Assembly: GCA_964016885.1 (NCBI GenBank)
Contig: OZ024743.1
Coordinates: 40,610,001-40,674,000, forward strand
Origin: Eledone cirrhosa
Lineage: Eukaryota
Direction: 5' to 3'
Length of the DNA: 64,000 nt
How positions within the stretch are numbered: position 1 is the first letter of the stretch; each line of letters starts with the position of its first letter. Shown here piece after piece: positions 40,852 to 54,987 of this stretch. The notes below the pieces were generated by a model. It searched no databases and was not told the DNA's origin. It worked only from the letters and a program-made list of their open reading frames with translations. The position numbers were made by a program, and so were the translations under genes.

Positions 40852-43037
40852 TTTTAAAATTTTAACATCAGTCCTAACTGAATATACATATGACCACCTG
40901 ATAACAAATGATCTATTTCCCATTGAGCAGAAAGGGTGTAAACGAGGCTCATATGGCTGTAAGGATCAGCTTTTGGTTAACAAAATGATACTGGAAGATT
41001 GTCATAATAGACACAAAAATCTATCAATTGCTTGGATAGATTATAAAAAAGCATTCGATAGTTTGCCACACAGTTGGATTGAAAAATGTTTAAAGATTTT
41101 CAAAATATCTCCTGTTGTCAGGAGGTTTTTGTCATTCAGTATGAAGACATGGAAAACGACACTCATTTTGAATAGTGAAACAAAATCGCTGGAAGCTGGA
41201 GAAGTTAATATTAATTGTGGAATTTTTCAGGGTGACTCTTTATCACCGCTTTTATTCTGCATCGTTCTTATACCATTAAGTAAAATGCCCAATGAAACAA
41301 AACATGGATATAAAGTCTATGACAAAACCATTAATCACTTGTTCTACATGGATGACCTGAAACTATTTGCAAAAAATGATGAACAATTGCAAGGGCTATT
41401 ATCCACTGTGGAGCAGTTCAGTGATGACATTAAAATAGAGTTTGGACTAGATAAATGCGCCAAAGCAACGTTCACCAGAGGAAAGCTGCTGAAAGGTTCA
41501 GACATTAATCTTGATCGGGGGAATGTGATAAGAGAACTTGATCAAGAGGAAACTTACAAATATCTAGGTGTTTGTGAAGGAGACGGAATCAAGCCTCGAC
41601 AATGAGGGAAAGGATAAGGAAGGAATGTTATCGCAGAGTAAGAGCAATCTTAAGAATGGAATTGAATGCAAGGAATAGGATCGAATCCATAAACACGCTT
41701 GCCATACCAGTAGTAACCTACAGTTACAATGTCATCAACTGGCCAAGCACAGAGATCCAGAGGCTCGATACAAAAATTCGAAAATTCTTAACCATGCACA
41801 GAATGCATCACCCTAAGGGAGATACAGATATAATATATCTCCCTAGGAAAGAAGGAGGACGTGGGTTAATCCAGTTAGACATTGCGTTGAAAACTGCAAC
41901 AATTGGATTATCTACATATCTAAGGGAATCACATGATTGGATGATCAAACTCGTTTTGAAACACGAAAACATCAAAAGATCATACTCCATTACAAAAGAT
42001 GCACAAAGATACAGTAATGGACTACAAATTTCAGAAGTCCCATTTACTGCTGAAATGGAAAACACAGAAAAAGCAAAGCAGGTAAAAGTAACTGCAAAGA
42101 AAGAACTGCTACAGAAACTGGCTAAGAAATGGCAAGAAAAGCCTCTGTATGGAAAATACCCAGAACGAGCTAACAATCCTGATGTTGACAAAACTTTAAC
42201 CCATCAGTGGTTGGCATCCTCTGGACTGAAATCGGAGACTGAAGGACTGATTATATCAGCACAAGATCAGTGTCTGCCAACAAAAAATTACCAAGCCAAC
42301 ATAATAAAAAATGGATGCCGCCCATTATGCCATGTATGTATAAACAACCAGAGACCATTGACCATATAATTTCAATGTGCAGTCCTATAGCTCCAACCAA
42401 ATACGTAACAGGCATGACAGAGCTGCACAATACATACATTGGATAATGTGTAAGCATTTTGACCAGCCCCATCAAAAGAATTGGTGGGAGCATCAACCAC
42501 CTCCCATACTTGAAAAATATCACATCTCAATCTTGTGGAACTTTACCATCCAAACAGACTGAAAAATAGATGCAACTAGACCTGATATAATATTGAAGGA
42601 CTTTAAAAAGAAGGTATGCCTACTAATTTATATGTCCGTTCCAATAGACAAGAATGTATCTATAAAAACATTTGAAAAATTGAGCAAGTATAAGGACCTG
42701 GAGATAGAAATTGGAAAAATGTGGAAATTGAGAACTAAAACAATACCAGTGGTTGTAGGCGCTCTAGGAATGATACCTAAGGGGTCTAATGATTACTTAT
42801 CGCAAATCCCAGGAAACCCGCGTATAGGAGAAATACAAAAGATAGTACTAATGGGAACTGCCCATATACTAAGGAAGATTCTGTCAATATAAGTACATCA
42901 CAAGTCTAAACACTTAAAGATGCATGTGTGAGTATGTATGTTCTTTCTTGAACATGGCGGACCTTGTTGTCTCTTGAGGTCACTGGTTGTGACTTGGTGA
43001 TAACTCGTATGAACATAAAGCAAGATAAATGCAGCTG
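40850..43037 (+). mobile_element. R4/Dong-type non-LTR retrotransposon (RT, CCHC, restriction-like endonuclease), 5'-truncated and inactivated
   Basis: IDYKKAFDS, GIFQGDSLSPLLF, FYMDDLK, YKYLG, RHD, RPDII and EKLSKYKDL motifs. Frameshifts near 41600 and 42350, stop at 42560. (TAA)n on both sides (40798-40849 and 43038-43067). Confidence 0.92.
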
Positions 43038-43113
43038 TAATAATAATAATAAAAATAATAATAATAATATATATATATATATATATATATTATTATTATT
43101 ATCCTCTTGGCTG

Positions 43114-43179
<66 letters not shown>

Positions 43180-43184
<5 letters not shown>

Positions 43185-43316
43185 AGATCAAAAGATGGTT
43201 AAAGGAGTTCCTTAAGAGTTTCAAAGATGGTTAAAGGAGTCCCACAAACTGTAGAGTGCTTCTTATCCGATATCTGCATTGCTTTATTGTACTACAATAA
43301 AACTCACCTCCTACAT
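43180..43316. mobile_element. PLE family E minimal insertion (inverted arm start plus tail only)
   Basis: taagatcaaaagatggttaaa matches 25879-25899; 43238-43316 is the reverse complement of 25783-25862. Confidence 0.8.
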
Positions 43317-44327
43317 ATATATATATATATATATATATAGGCAGCCAAGAGGAGCAATTACTGATTTTTTTAAATTGCTGCCACCTTATTCAGCATAAAA
43401 TAATTCTTACAATCTCTGCACATGTATGGAGTGCTCAGTCAGTTAATGTTTAAACATTTTATGTACACTAGTATTTAAAACACCCACTTCACTATATATA
43501 TATGATGATGATGATGATGATATATGATTAAAGTATAAAATCAAATAGGAAACCAAAAGCAGCACAAGACATATCAATATAAATATATACTAATTCATAA
43601 CACACCAGTTAGATGTCAGGTAAACAACTACATGTACCACCAATAGATATATTGAACTTAGATATATACATTGCACAGCATTTTAATGGTTTTTCCCACA
43701 GCGCTGCTGGCAAGGGTTTCCTGTTTAGTTTGAAATCTTACTGGGAATGTTCAAAAATGTATAGTCTAGGATATATTTTTATATAATGCAGCATATTGAG
43801 AGAGTTGATAGGGTATTTGATTAAGAACTTTAGTATTTATTCTGGCTCTCTGTGCATTGAGTTTAAATATAGGCAACGTTGACTTTGCTTTTCAATCTTT
43901 CAGAGTCAATAATTAAAGTACTCATTCAACACTAGCAGAATGGCACAATTGTTAAAATTTTGGCTGGGATGCTCTGCGGGTTCTGAGTTCAAACCCTGCC
44001 TTCTGATGGGAGTTGTTGCCAGCAGGTAGTATTAGTGATCGAAAAATAGTTTCCTTTGTCCGATCTTCAATATATTTATTACCACCATGTCTGTTTTTTC
44101 AAACTGGCATTGATTGAACGAGATTTTTTGTGACAATGTTTTATAATTGTATGCTTTTCTGGATATCAAAAATCTCTTTTATACCTTTTCAAGTTAAAAT
44201 ATGACTGTAAAGCACTGGAATCTTTTATCATAGGGAACATTAAAAAATCTGAAGTCATCCAAGAGTCAAGTATGCACATACACTCTTATGACAAATAAAG
44301 GACATACTCATTATTGTATAAAGGAAT

Positions 44328-44342
44328 TACTACTACTACTGT

Positions 44343-44403
<61 letters not shown>
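44328..44403. repeat. (ACT)n microsatellite
   Basis: Direct observation. Confidence 0.95.
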
Positions 44404-45418
44404 GTTCAAAGCCTCTTGAGGTCAACTTTGCCTTCCATCTATTGGAGCTGAATAAAATAAAGTATCATTCAAGCGCTGGGGTCCATATAATTAACTTTCA
44501 ACCATACCCACACTGGTTTTATGCCAATATCAGAAATAATTAAATAAAGAAAACATTATTATCATTGTTATTTTATTTAGGTGGTGGAATTGTAGAATTG
44601 TTAAAGCTACAGACTAAATGCTTTGAAGTATTTAGGTCCAGACATTTACACTCTAGCTTCAAAGGCCACCGAGTTGATTTATGCCTTTTATCTTTCTGTA
44701 GGTCGATTAAATAAAGTACAATACTGAGGTTGATATAATCGACTTTTACTTCTCAAGGATTGATATTCTTTTACCTAAATTATAAATTATTATCATTATC
44801 ATAAATATCATCAGCATCATCATTCCTATCCAGTGAAAGGTTATCAGATTATTTCTACAGCTTTAAATTTCAGTTGATTTAGTATACAAAATCTCACAAT
44901 ATCTTCAAAAATCATTGACATTATATAAAAATTATTAGCAGTAACTAATTAAAACAAAACATGCTACTAGAGGTAAGGAAATAGGAAATAAAAAGAAAAA
45001 TATCAAGCAATGAAAGATAGTGTGATGGGAAGGACAGACACTACACCCCAGTCTGAGTAGCACTTACACTGTGCCTCATAGAGAAAATGGCATAGACATT
45101 AATACTCAGAATGGCCAGTCAATTGTTTTTCATGATATTGTGAGATTTTGTGTTTTAAATATATTTGTCTTTATGTTTTCTTGTTAAATTTATATTCTTT
45201 GAACAAAAGAAATTCTAAATGTCATTTAAAAAAAACAAAAAAACAAAACAAGGCAAGACAAAGTTGAATAGGAAATAAAACCACACAAAAGTTGATTTAC
45301 TTAAAGCTGTTTTTTTTCCTCTTTTGATAGCATCTGTGTTCATGTATGTGTTTATATTCACAGTCATATACATGCACACACATACACTCACGCACACACA
45401 CACACATTTACACTCTCT

Positions 45419-45450
<32 letters not shown>

Positions 45451-45526
45451 CACGCATACTTACATAAACATATATATGCCCAGTCAACATTATAAAGTGG
45501 TTGTGTTTGTGACACAACAATATATC

Positions 45527-45591
<65 letters not shown>

Positions 45592-45637
45592 TACTTGGGG
45601 AGGGTCATATTTGTGTAATATTGCCAGAATTAATAAC

Positions 45638-45820
45638 TGTTTCTAATTTAGGCACAAGGCCAGCAATTACCAGTGCATTACTGGTACTTTATTTTATCGA
45701 CCCCGTAAGGATGAAAGGCAAAGTCAACCTCGGCGGGATTTGAACTCAGATGGTAAAGGGACGTAACTACGCTGGAAAGCATGGCGTCCGACCCTCTACC
45801 GATACTGCCAATCCACCGCC
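45638..45820 (-). mobile_element. SINE family 2, full length, with target-site duplication
   Basis: tRNA-like head GGCGGTGGATTGGCAGTATCGGTAGAG and B box GAGTTCAAATCC; direct repeat gccagaattaataac at 45623-45637 and 45818-45832. Confidence 0.9.
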
Positions 45821-46283
45821 AGAATTAATAACAGAACACATATATATATATACATACATAATATGTGTATAAGATGATGATGATATGTAAATATATACAC
45901 ACACACAAACACATTAATTCACATACACAATTGTAGGTATACAATACTGTATATAGTTTGTAGTTTATATTTCAGTTTAGTGACATGCAAACTTCCATAA
46001 TCTTAGTCTTTACAAAGTCTTAAGAACCCAGTCTCCACACAGGTTTTTAATCTCAACTCAAAATTCACCTCACATCTCTAATCAGTCAATGTCCTCTACA
46101 CACACATGTATATATACACACATGTATATATACACAGACACATACAGAAAAGAAGCATAAATATACATACACAGTCACTCATACAGGCTCCTATATTTCT
46201 AAACATGTAAATGTATGGAGGCTCAGATATGTACGTGTGTGTGTGTGCTTGTATATATGTATTATATATATATAAATATACAT

Positions 46284-46337
<54 letters not shown>

Positions 46338-46645
46338 ACACACACAAATATATCTTTCACTGAGATCTAAAGTTTGATGTTACCTCTTCCCAAGATAAAT
46401 TGTATCTACTTTCACAGAATAGCTGTCTACTGGTGTATGGTTGTGCAGGTTTACTTAAATAATTTGTCTATTTCTCCTTCTCTCTTATATATGTATAATG
46501 TTGATCAGTAATGAAGAAAGTACTCAATACATTGTAGAGTATGGTTTATTTATATCAAGTACTTTTATTTTGAATGAAGTTTCCTACCCGAGAGAATTAC
46601 TGTGGCATGAAACTTGAATTACAAGAAAAGAACTCCATTCAACAG

Positions 46646-46679
<34 letters not shown>

Positions 46680-46682
<3 letters not shown>

Positions 46683-46899
46683 TTAATATAGATGAGATTC
46701 TACAGGACTAGAACTGCTTCATTCTTTAGAAATCATCAGGAATCTGAGTATCAAAAAATACCCAGATTCCTGATGATTTTTAAAGAATAAAACAGTTGTA
46801 GTCCTGTAGAATCTCATCTATATTAAAACTTTTATACTCTGCAATGTATTGAGTACCTTACTTACTGTGGTTACCTCCGATTCAACCTGGAATAACGTA

Positions 46900-46901
<2 letters not shown>
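46680..46901 (+). mobile_element. PLE family D hairpin insertion (arms 46680-46751 and 46758-46830; tail to 46901)
   Basis: ~72 bp inverted repeat, each arm with a CTGATGA-TTTYT AA AGAAT-(G/A)AA. hammerhead-like motif; TA on both sides. Confidence 0.8.
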
Positions 46902-46946
<45 letters not shown>

Positions 46947-47014
46947 CTAATTCTTGATAAATCTTTTTCTTTTCTTCAAACTTCCAGCCCCACTTTCTCT
47001 TAACTTTATTACTC

Positions 47015-47052
47015 TGTCCTGATGAAGGACATATGTCTGATATGTTAAGACA
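47015..47052 (+). ncRNA. Degenerate hammerhead relic
   Basis: TGTC-CTGATGA-AGGAC ATAT GTCT-GATA-TGTT-AAGACA; GAAA is mutated. Similar to 54350-54389. Confidence 0.4.
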
Positions 47053-47150
47053 TACGTTTCATTGTTCCTGATGTGTGAGACTTTGTGTAATTGTTCTCTA
47101 TACATGTATGTACAAATATGTACATGCTCAGATATACACACACATGCACA

Positions 47151-47270
<120 letters not shown>

Positions 47271-47661
47271 CCCATATTCAAAGATGGTTGATTTAACAGT
47301 GTCATATGAGGGTTTTATATATGTTTCTTGTTGGGTTCTGAGTTCAAATCCTGATGAGGTTCAGTGTACCTTTCATCCTTGCATAGTTCATAAACAAAGT
47401 GCAAGTGCAATCCTATTTCAGACCCTTCTCCTTCTAGTTATTCAGTCCTAGATATTCTACTTGATCAACGCTGTGGGAATTGAGAGGATGTTTGCATCTG
47501 CACATAACTGCATGAACATCTTATTGACAGCATGGTAAATACTGCCAAGTCATAATTGATTGCAAGTGATGACTGTATTTTTTTTTGTTTACATTCACTC
47601 ATATCTCTACAAATAAATATATATTTGCATGTTATTTTTTTTTTATCAAATATATATACCA

Positions 47662-48005
47662 ATCACTCTGTAAAATGGTAGTACTGGTGACGTGATACTA
47701 TGTATTTGCAAACACTCTGTAATTTGGCAGTACTGGAGCCATGATGAAATGCACTCAGCCCACTCTACAAAGTGTTAGTCCTAGCCTTACAATAAAATAC
47801 ACCCAGCCTACTCAGTAAAGTGGTAGAGCTGGTACCACAATAAAATGCATCCAATCTATGCTGCAAGGTGGTTGTAGAAACCATGCTAAAATAGTACATA
47901 TTAATAAGGTCTGTTGATCTGACCTATTTAGTCTCAGAGACGGTCAGCCTATTGAACCCTTGCCAGCATGGAAAACAGATATGCAATGGTGATAAAGATG
48001 ATGAT
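47662..48005 (+). mobile_element. Old SINE 3' portion with ~44 bp internal tandem units
   Basis: About 5 units cactctgtaaa.tggtagtactgg..cca..at.aaatgcac.cag, then ...tgccagcatggaaaacaga...gatgatg tail. Confidence 0.6.
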
Positions 48006-48057
48006 ATGGATTTGTATAGTCTTCTATGTTGGAAGAATATTGGATGTGTCTATTTCA

Positions 48058-48117
<60 letters not shown>

Positions 48118-48203
48118 AAAACTGTTGATATCTGCCTACATATTATGTTTGTGGTGGCTGCTCTTTTTGCTGGTGTTGTTTTATTTGTTTGTTTTCCTCT
48201 TAT

Positions 48204-48272
<69 letters not shown>

Positions 48273-50559
48273 ATATATATATATATAGAGAGAGAGATAG
48301 ATAGATAGATAGATATACATATATATATAATGAAATGTTGCTGCATCAATATACAAATATAAATTTCTTTGATTTGATACGTCATTCTTCAGATGTCATA
48401 TTGCTGAGTTCTGGAAAAATCTATGGATTAAGGGCTTAGGAATGTTAAATTCCCTACTGTTCAGAGCTACAGTCTTCAAATATTGTTGGAACTGACAGCA
48501 GAGATGTTTGTCTCTCTCCCATGATAAATTTCAAATTCTTGTGATTGGCAGAAATGAATAAACATCGACAATCTCTCTCCATACGTCCTCTAACTTATCA
48601 CAGTTTTCTTTTTTCTTTTATGTGATGTACTCTATAACAGTGATGAAACTTATGGCAAATATATATATATATATATGCATGTGGGTTATTGTGATCACTT
48701 TGGGAGAAAAACATTTCAATAACAATAACTGGTTGATAATGATAACAAACAGATAATATTAACTCTTTCACTACCATAGCTTTCATGAAAGACACTTTTC
48801 TTTTATTGTTTTATACTTTTACTGGTCTCAGTTAGTTGACTGTGGCCATGCTGTGGCATCACCTTGAAGGGATTTAATCAATCATATTGATCTCACTACT
48901 TCTTTATTCAAGTTTGGTATTTTATTTATGGTTTTTGTCTAGCTATGGGATATAACCTAGCACACACACAAATACACATACACACACACACACACTCAAC
49001 ATCTTTCTACATTGTTTATGTCTACATTTCATTCACAATACTTTGATTAATCCCATGCTATAGAAGATGACATTTGACAAAGGGGCCAGGCAGTGGGACT
49101 GAACCGCAAACCATGTGGTTGGTAAGCGAATGCTTTAACCACATAGCCATAACTATGTGTAACATAGCATCTAAAGCCCTCATTTATTATTTCTATACAA
49201 TGATGTACTGTATAACAGAGATTGAACTATGGTATATATAGTATAAGTTGCTTGTTATGACCACTTGAAGACAGAGATTGTGAAAACTAATACCAGACTT
49301 ATAACATTAACTCCGATAACAATATGTAAATAAAGAGTTTCGGAACCACTATTTTCTTCTGTGGTGAACTGAATAACTGTGATAAAACTATATAGAATAT
49401 AAGCGCAAGTTACTTGTGATCTTTTTAATACCAATAATTAAGTAATAACAATAACCAACAACTAACATTAACCCTTTCGCTACCATCTTTCTAATGAAAG
49501 ACTCTGTAATTTTCAAAAGATTTGGAGGGATTTAGTAATGAAACTTTCTCATCATTAAGCTGGTATTTGGAACTGAAATTGTGAAGAAAGCTTTTTAGAT
49601 AAATATAAACACTTTAAAACAAGTCTGTATCATAGAATCAGGGTGGCTTCAAGCATTTTGATAACAATAGATTTAAGCAAATAATAGGTGGTGAATTGTT
49701 AGAGATGTTAGAATGTAGAACTAATTTCTGAATGGATAGATACAATAATTCTGAATTAATCAACATTGTTAGGTCAACAAAAGTTTTAATTTTAATGATT
49801 AAGCAGAAAATATTTCAAATAAGAGTCTGTTAATTCAAATGTTTATAGTACTTTACTAGTGGACTGATCCTTATGAAATTTTGCAATATTTGTAGAAGTA
49901 CATTAATTTTTAATGTGATGCTCTCGTAATGGTGATTTGTACTTTTCAAGACTGTCTTGCTAATGTAGTTGCAAGACATTAATTTTTAACACATTGTAAT
50001 GATTTAGCAGAAAGTATCCAAAAAATGTGCATGTCAATTCAAATGTTTACAGTATCTTGTGTTTCATGCAGTATAGGATGTTAAGCATTAAAGCAATTTA
50101 TCTAAAATCTAATGAATTCCTGTGATTATATTTATTTTATGTGCTAGTAAAGATGTGCAGTTAATTTCTCTTTTAGTTTACAACACCACACCAAGCTGAC
50201 CCAAGGATGTCTTTAGTGGAGCCCACTCAGTTGAAAATATTTACCTCAGTGGTATATACTGAAGATAAATGTGTTGTAGAAGATAATTAGCAGATCAATA
50301 GTACACCTATGATTATAAATGGCCTATTCCCCTTATTAAAAGCAAATGAGCAACATTTAATTGATGATTTAACTTTATTTATGGATTATTCTAATATTTA
50401 TATTCTGTTATATAAATCATATAGGATACATGTGCATACCTGTAATTCATATATAAATCATATGAAACCCATGCTAGCGTGGAAGATAGACGTTAAACGA
50501 TGATGATGATGATGATGTATTTAGTACTTATTAAAATGCTTAATGAGCAGTTTGAAATT

Positions 50560-50822
50560 GAGTGTATATTTTACATCTCACCTGAGCCTATTATAGTTGA
50601 AATGGGCATAGATTTCACTTTGATCTGGGTCTATTATCTCTTGAAATGGGAAATATATTTCACATTGGGCCTGGGCACATTACTGGTTTAAAAAGGGGAT
50701 GCATTTTACATCTAAATTCGGCCTATCATCAACTGAAATGTAACATAGATTTCACATCTGGCCTGGGGCCTATTACCAATTGAAGAAAAGTATGCATTTC
50801 TCATCAGGCATAGACCTATTAG
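50560..50822. repeat. Degenerate ~43 bp tandem repeat
   Basis: Recurrent (t)ttcacatct...ggcctattat...ttgaaatg units. Confidence 0.65.
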
Positions 50823-51513
50823 AGCCATCGCATCATTCATATATTATTCCTATTGTTCTTCTACAAACAGCTAATAAGCCATGCTTCCACTTAGTAAGCC
50901 ACTAAATAATTACATAATAAATAAAGCCTACATCCTTTTTAAAATACTTAACTATATCTATTGGATAATTGAGATGATGTGGCAGAGTCATTAGAAAATT
51001 GGACATTTCTTCCAGATGTCTGGACTTGAAATTCAAATCATTCTAAGGTTCATTTTGTCTTCCTTTGGGGTTGATAAAGAAAGTACCAGGTTTGAACAAG
51101 AGAAGTCCTCTCTTTTTCTAGCTGTCATATTGTGATTCTTTTCATTGATAAAGTGATGGAGGGGAGGAGAGTTGAGAAATAGTTGTATCAGCTGACTACT
51201 GTATGGATGCCTTGCAAAGCAGGATACATACTACCACGTTATACTTGATGCAAGTGATGGATGTTGCTTTTTTTAGTTAACATCATGTCTATTTGTGAAA
51301 TTATAGTCTGTTTCATCATGACTCGTATCATGTAGTCTAACACATACAGACTTAGACACTATACAAATTCATTTATATGTATTTGAAAATGAAATTGGGT
51401 GTACATATATGTTGACCGATATATATGCTTGCATATGTATGTGTGTAGATGTATATATATATGTGTTTATATGTATATTTACATATTACTACTATATATA
51501 TATATATATATAC

Positions 51514-52030
51514 CAGTGGCGAAGGGTAACCTGGAAAGCAGGGCATGCAGTCCAATCGCCATGGCGGAAAGTGGGGCTGTGCAGCCTTACCCTTCCCCCC
51601 TACAATTCCCTCTAAATGGCCCTCCCGGTCAAAGCCACATGTAGTGTTATCTAGTGTGTGTGTGTGTGTGTGTGTGTTTATGTGTGTGTGTGTGTGTCTG
51701 CGCGTGTTATCTTTTTATGTGTCTACGATTTTGCAAGCAACCAAAATTCTACTTGCTTCAACCGACCCTGTCGTGTGTTTCTTTGTGCGTGTGCGTGTGT
51801 GTGTGTTATCTTTTTATGTGTCTACGATTTAGGAAGCAGCCAACATTCTACTTGCTTCAATTGACGCTGTCGTGTGTTTGTGTGTATATGCGTGTGTGTG
51901 TTATGCTTTTATGTGTCTATGATTTAGTAAGCAGCCAAAAGTCTGCTTGCTTCAACCGATGCAATTGATCAACTCAAGATTCTATAACACATGCACTGCA
52001 TGCGTTGCATGCACGCACCCTTTGCCCCTG
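51514..52030. mobile_element. Probable MITE with imperfect TIRs and ~100 bp internal tandem repeats
   Basis: 5' cagtggcgaagggt...gcatgcagtcca versus 3' reverse complement caggggcaaagggt...gcatgcagtgca. Three internal units at 51700-51960. No TSD seen. Confidence 0.6.
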
Positions 52031-54349
52031 TGGTGGAAAGGAAAATCGGGCCTTAGTGTGATTTGACAAAGAATGTAAAGGGATGTAACTATATGACACA
52101 AAGCATGTTGTCTGACACTCTACCAATACTGCCAATAATCATTATAATAATATGTGTACTAACACACCCAAGCTTTGTATATTTATAACTGTATATTTAA
52201 ATAATGATGCAAAGTTAAATTCATTTTAATATGTAATTAATACTAATATTGGAATATTTAACCATAGTTATTTACATGACTTCCTAATTCACCCACCTTC
52301 CCCCACAAATTATTAGCTAATATATATGTAAATATACAGAAATCACTGTTTAATGGGGTATAAACTAACTATTTGACTCTTTCATATTTAGGGTTCTATG
52401 CTTGTATTACGCATGTGATATGGAATTTTTGATTAATACTATTATAACATTTTATATAGATATTTTTTTCAAAATAAAGGTGCAACTTATACACCAGTTT
52501 GATTTATATACATTTGCATTGTATAAGATAAAGAATATGGTAATTATATGAAATCAGAAAACTGGAATACAGTTTACCATGATGTGTTGAGAAAGACTAC
52601 AAGAATGACATTATATAATCAAAGCATTAGTGTTTTTTTGTACCTATGGGGGAACGGGCACTTCCCATGCCCTTCACAAGCCCTCCATGACCTGAGAGAT
52701 CAATACTATTAATGTTGTTTACTACAGCTTCACTGCTGTGGGAAAGACATGAGTGGAGAGGGATTTCCAGAGGGATGACATTCTGGGCAATATATAACAG
52801 TCATAATGATTAGTGTAGGACCTGTAGACTACACACAACATATATGATGAGAGAAGTAATAGTAATACATATAAAATAGTGACAAATGATAGCTCACAGG
52901 CCAAGTCTAGCCAATACCTTTATTTCAGTTGGCCTACAGATTTCATCAAATACGTGATGTTGCAGAAAACATTCTTTGTTTTACTTATCAATCCTTAGTT
53001 CCTGCTTGGCTACTAGGGAAGCAATTTAATATATAACCATTTCTTTCTGGCAAATTATTGACTGCAGTTGTTTTGCCTCTCATTATGATAGTACATGAAT
53101 GACATACATTTATCAAAGCTGATATTAATAGAATTAAAAGAATAATATTGTAATATTGTCAATTGAGACTAAATCATTTGTTTTGAAAGAGTTTAAATAA
53201 CACTAATTGTGGCTGTTGTTTATTTTCTCCCAACATGCTGTCTTCTTGATGCTCTTATAACATTAATGTGATATTTCTACAGATCTAATTTGTTCATATG
53301 CAGTCTATGCTGTATTTCTGAGCCCTCTGTGGTGTAGCAAAAGAAAAAAAAATTAACATAGTTAAACAATGCTATGTTATTATAAGATGCCTGTCATTTT
53401 GTTTATTCTTTATATCACCAGCAATAAACATTTATTTTATTCTATATTAAATATTTATAATAAAAGATATAGGAATTTAAAAAAAAGACTGTTTTCATAT
53501 CTTTGTAGGCTCGAGTTTTCATTTTCTTTTTGTCTTGGACTGCAAGATAAAATCATTTCTGATCCTGAATACCTCCATAAATGTTTGCCATCACCTTGCA
53601 TTATATAACAACAGTATGTGGTATATGCTTCAGCAAGACATTTGATATATGAACAGTGGAATATTGACTTCAGGAACAATAAATATGCATATGACTGAAG
53701 TGTACAACAAAGAACAGCACAAGATAATCTGTGAAAACTTTACTCCATGTATTTCAAATCTTCTGAATATTAATCTACTTAAATAAGATTTGTTAGAAAT
53801 AGAAGCCAAATTTCTTTCAAAACACACATACCTTTCTGAAATAGAAAAGGACGTGTAAGATTAAAAAACCTGAGTCTTAGATTACTGTAAACATAATAGG
53901 ATGGTTATGGATAGATTGCCTTTGAACATAGACCTGCTGAATCAGAACATACTTGGCGTTAAGCAATAACAACATTATATTGAATACTTGAAAATCTGGG
54001 ATTTGTTTTTGTGGGGAAATTAAACCTTTATGAATTATGACCTATTCTTAATTCTCTTAATGCTAAGACCCATTTACTATACAACAAATAATGCTATGAC
54101 TCAAATAACTATCACTCAAATTTTGGTAAAAGCTCTTTATGGAGAAACTAACAACACCTGTTAACATTTAACAAATTGGACTAATTGACCTCTTTATATA
54201 CTAATGAAAATCTGGATGAACAGTAAAATTCAGAATTCCTCTAAGAGTCAGCTGACTGTATGTTTCTTTCTCCCCAATTTTTTCCCAGTCATTTTCCACA
54301 TGCTTTCCAGTCATCAAACTTTATTTTCTTTTTATCTTCTATTTCTATC

Positions 54350-54389
54350 TATCTTCTGATGAAGGTCTAGTGTCTGAAATGTTAAGATA
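54350..54389 (+). ncRNA. Type I minimal hammerhead ribozyme
   Basis: TATCTT-CTGATGA-AGG TCTAGTG TCT-GAAA-TG-TT-AAGATA; GAAATGTT is plausibly a CpG-decayed GAAACGTT. A further relic lies at ~6246-6283. Confidence 0.6.
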
Positions 54390-54671
54390 CTCTTCCTGCT
54401 ACTTCAAGCCTTAATCTAATATTTACTGTGCCTTTTGTTTTGTTATTCTTTGTTAATTTTGTTATTATATTTACAAACATATCAAAATAGCCTGATTTCT
54501 GGGAGATACTTTTGGCAAAAATAACTAGGATTATCAGTAACATAATCGCTTATATCGTTATCATACATGTCACACATCCCCTCTTAAAACTATGAAGTTT
54601 AGTAGTTCTTAAGTGGTTAAAGTATGTACTAGTTCTGAAGAGAAAATTTAGTCTTTATGTTAAACATATCT

Positions 54672-54748
<77 letters not shown>

Positions 54749-54950
54749 ATTATTATCCTCATTATTTCTCTTTGTATGGGTGTATGTGCAAATGCATATG
54801 CATGTTTATATGTATATATGCATTTAGTTTTATCATAAATATGCAGCCCTATGATCATCTTTTTGTTAAGCTATAACTGAAATATTTATACCAACATTTC
54901 CTCAGTGGAACTTTCATCTTTAAAAAAAGACATAATTTGCATCTCTCTCA

Positions 54951-54987
<37 letters not shown>

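Noticed and set aside
45588-45610. Family A arm-start stub (gttatacttggggagggtcat) after (TA)n
   Set aside because: It matches the family A boundary but is only ~21 bp with no tail or partner arm, too short to call as a feature.
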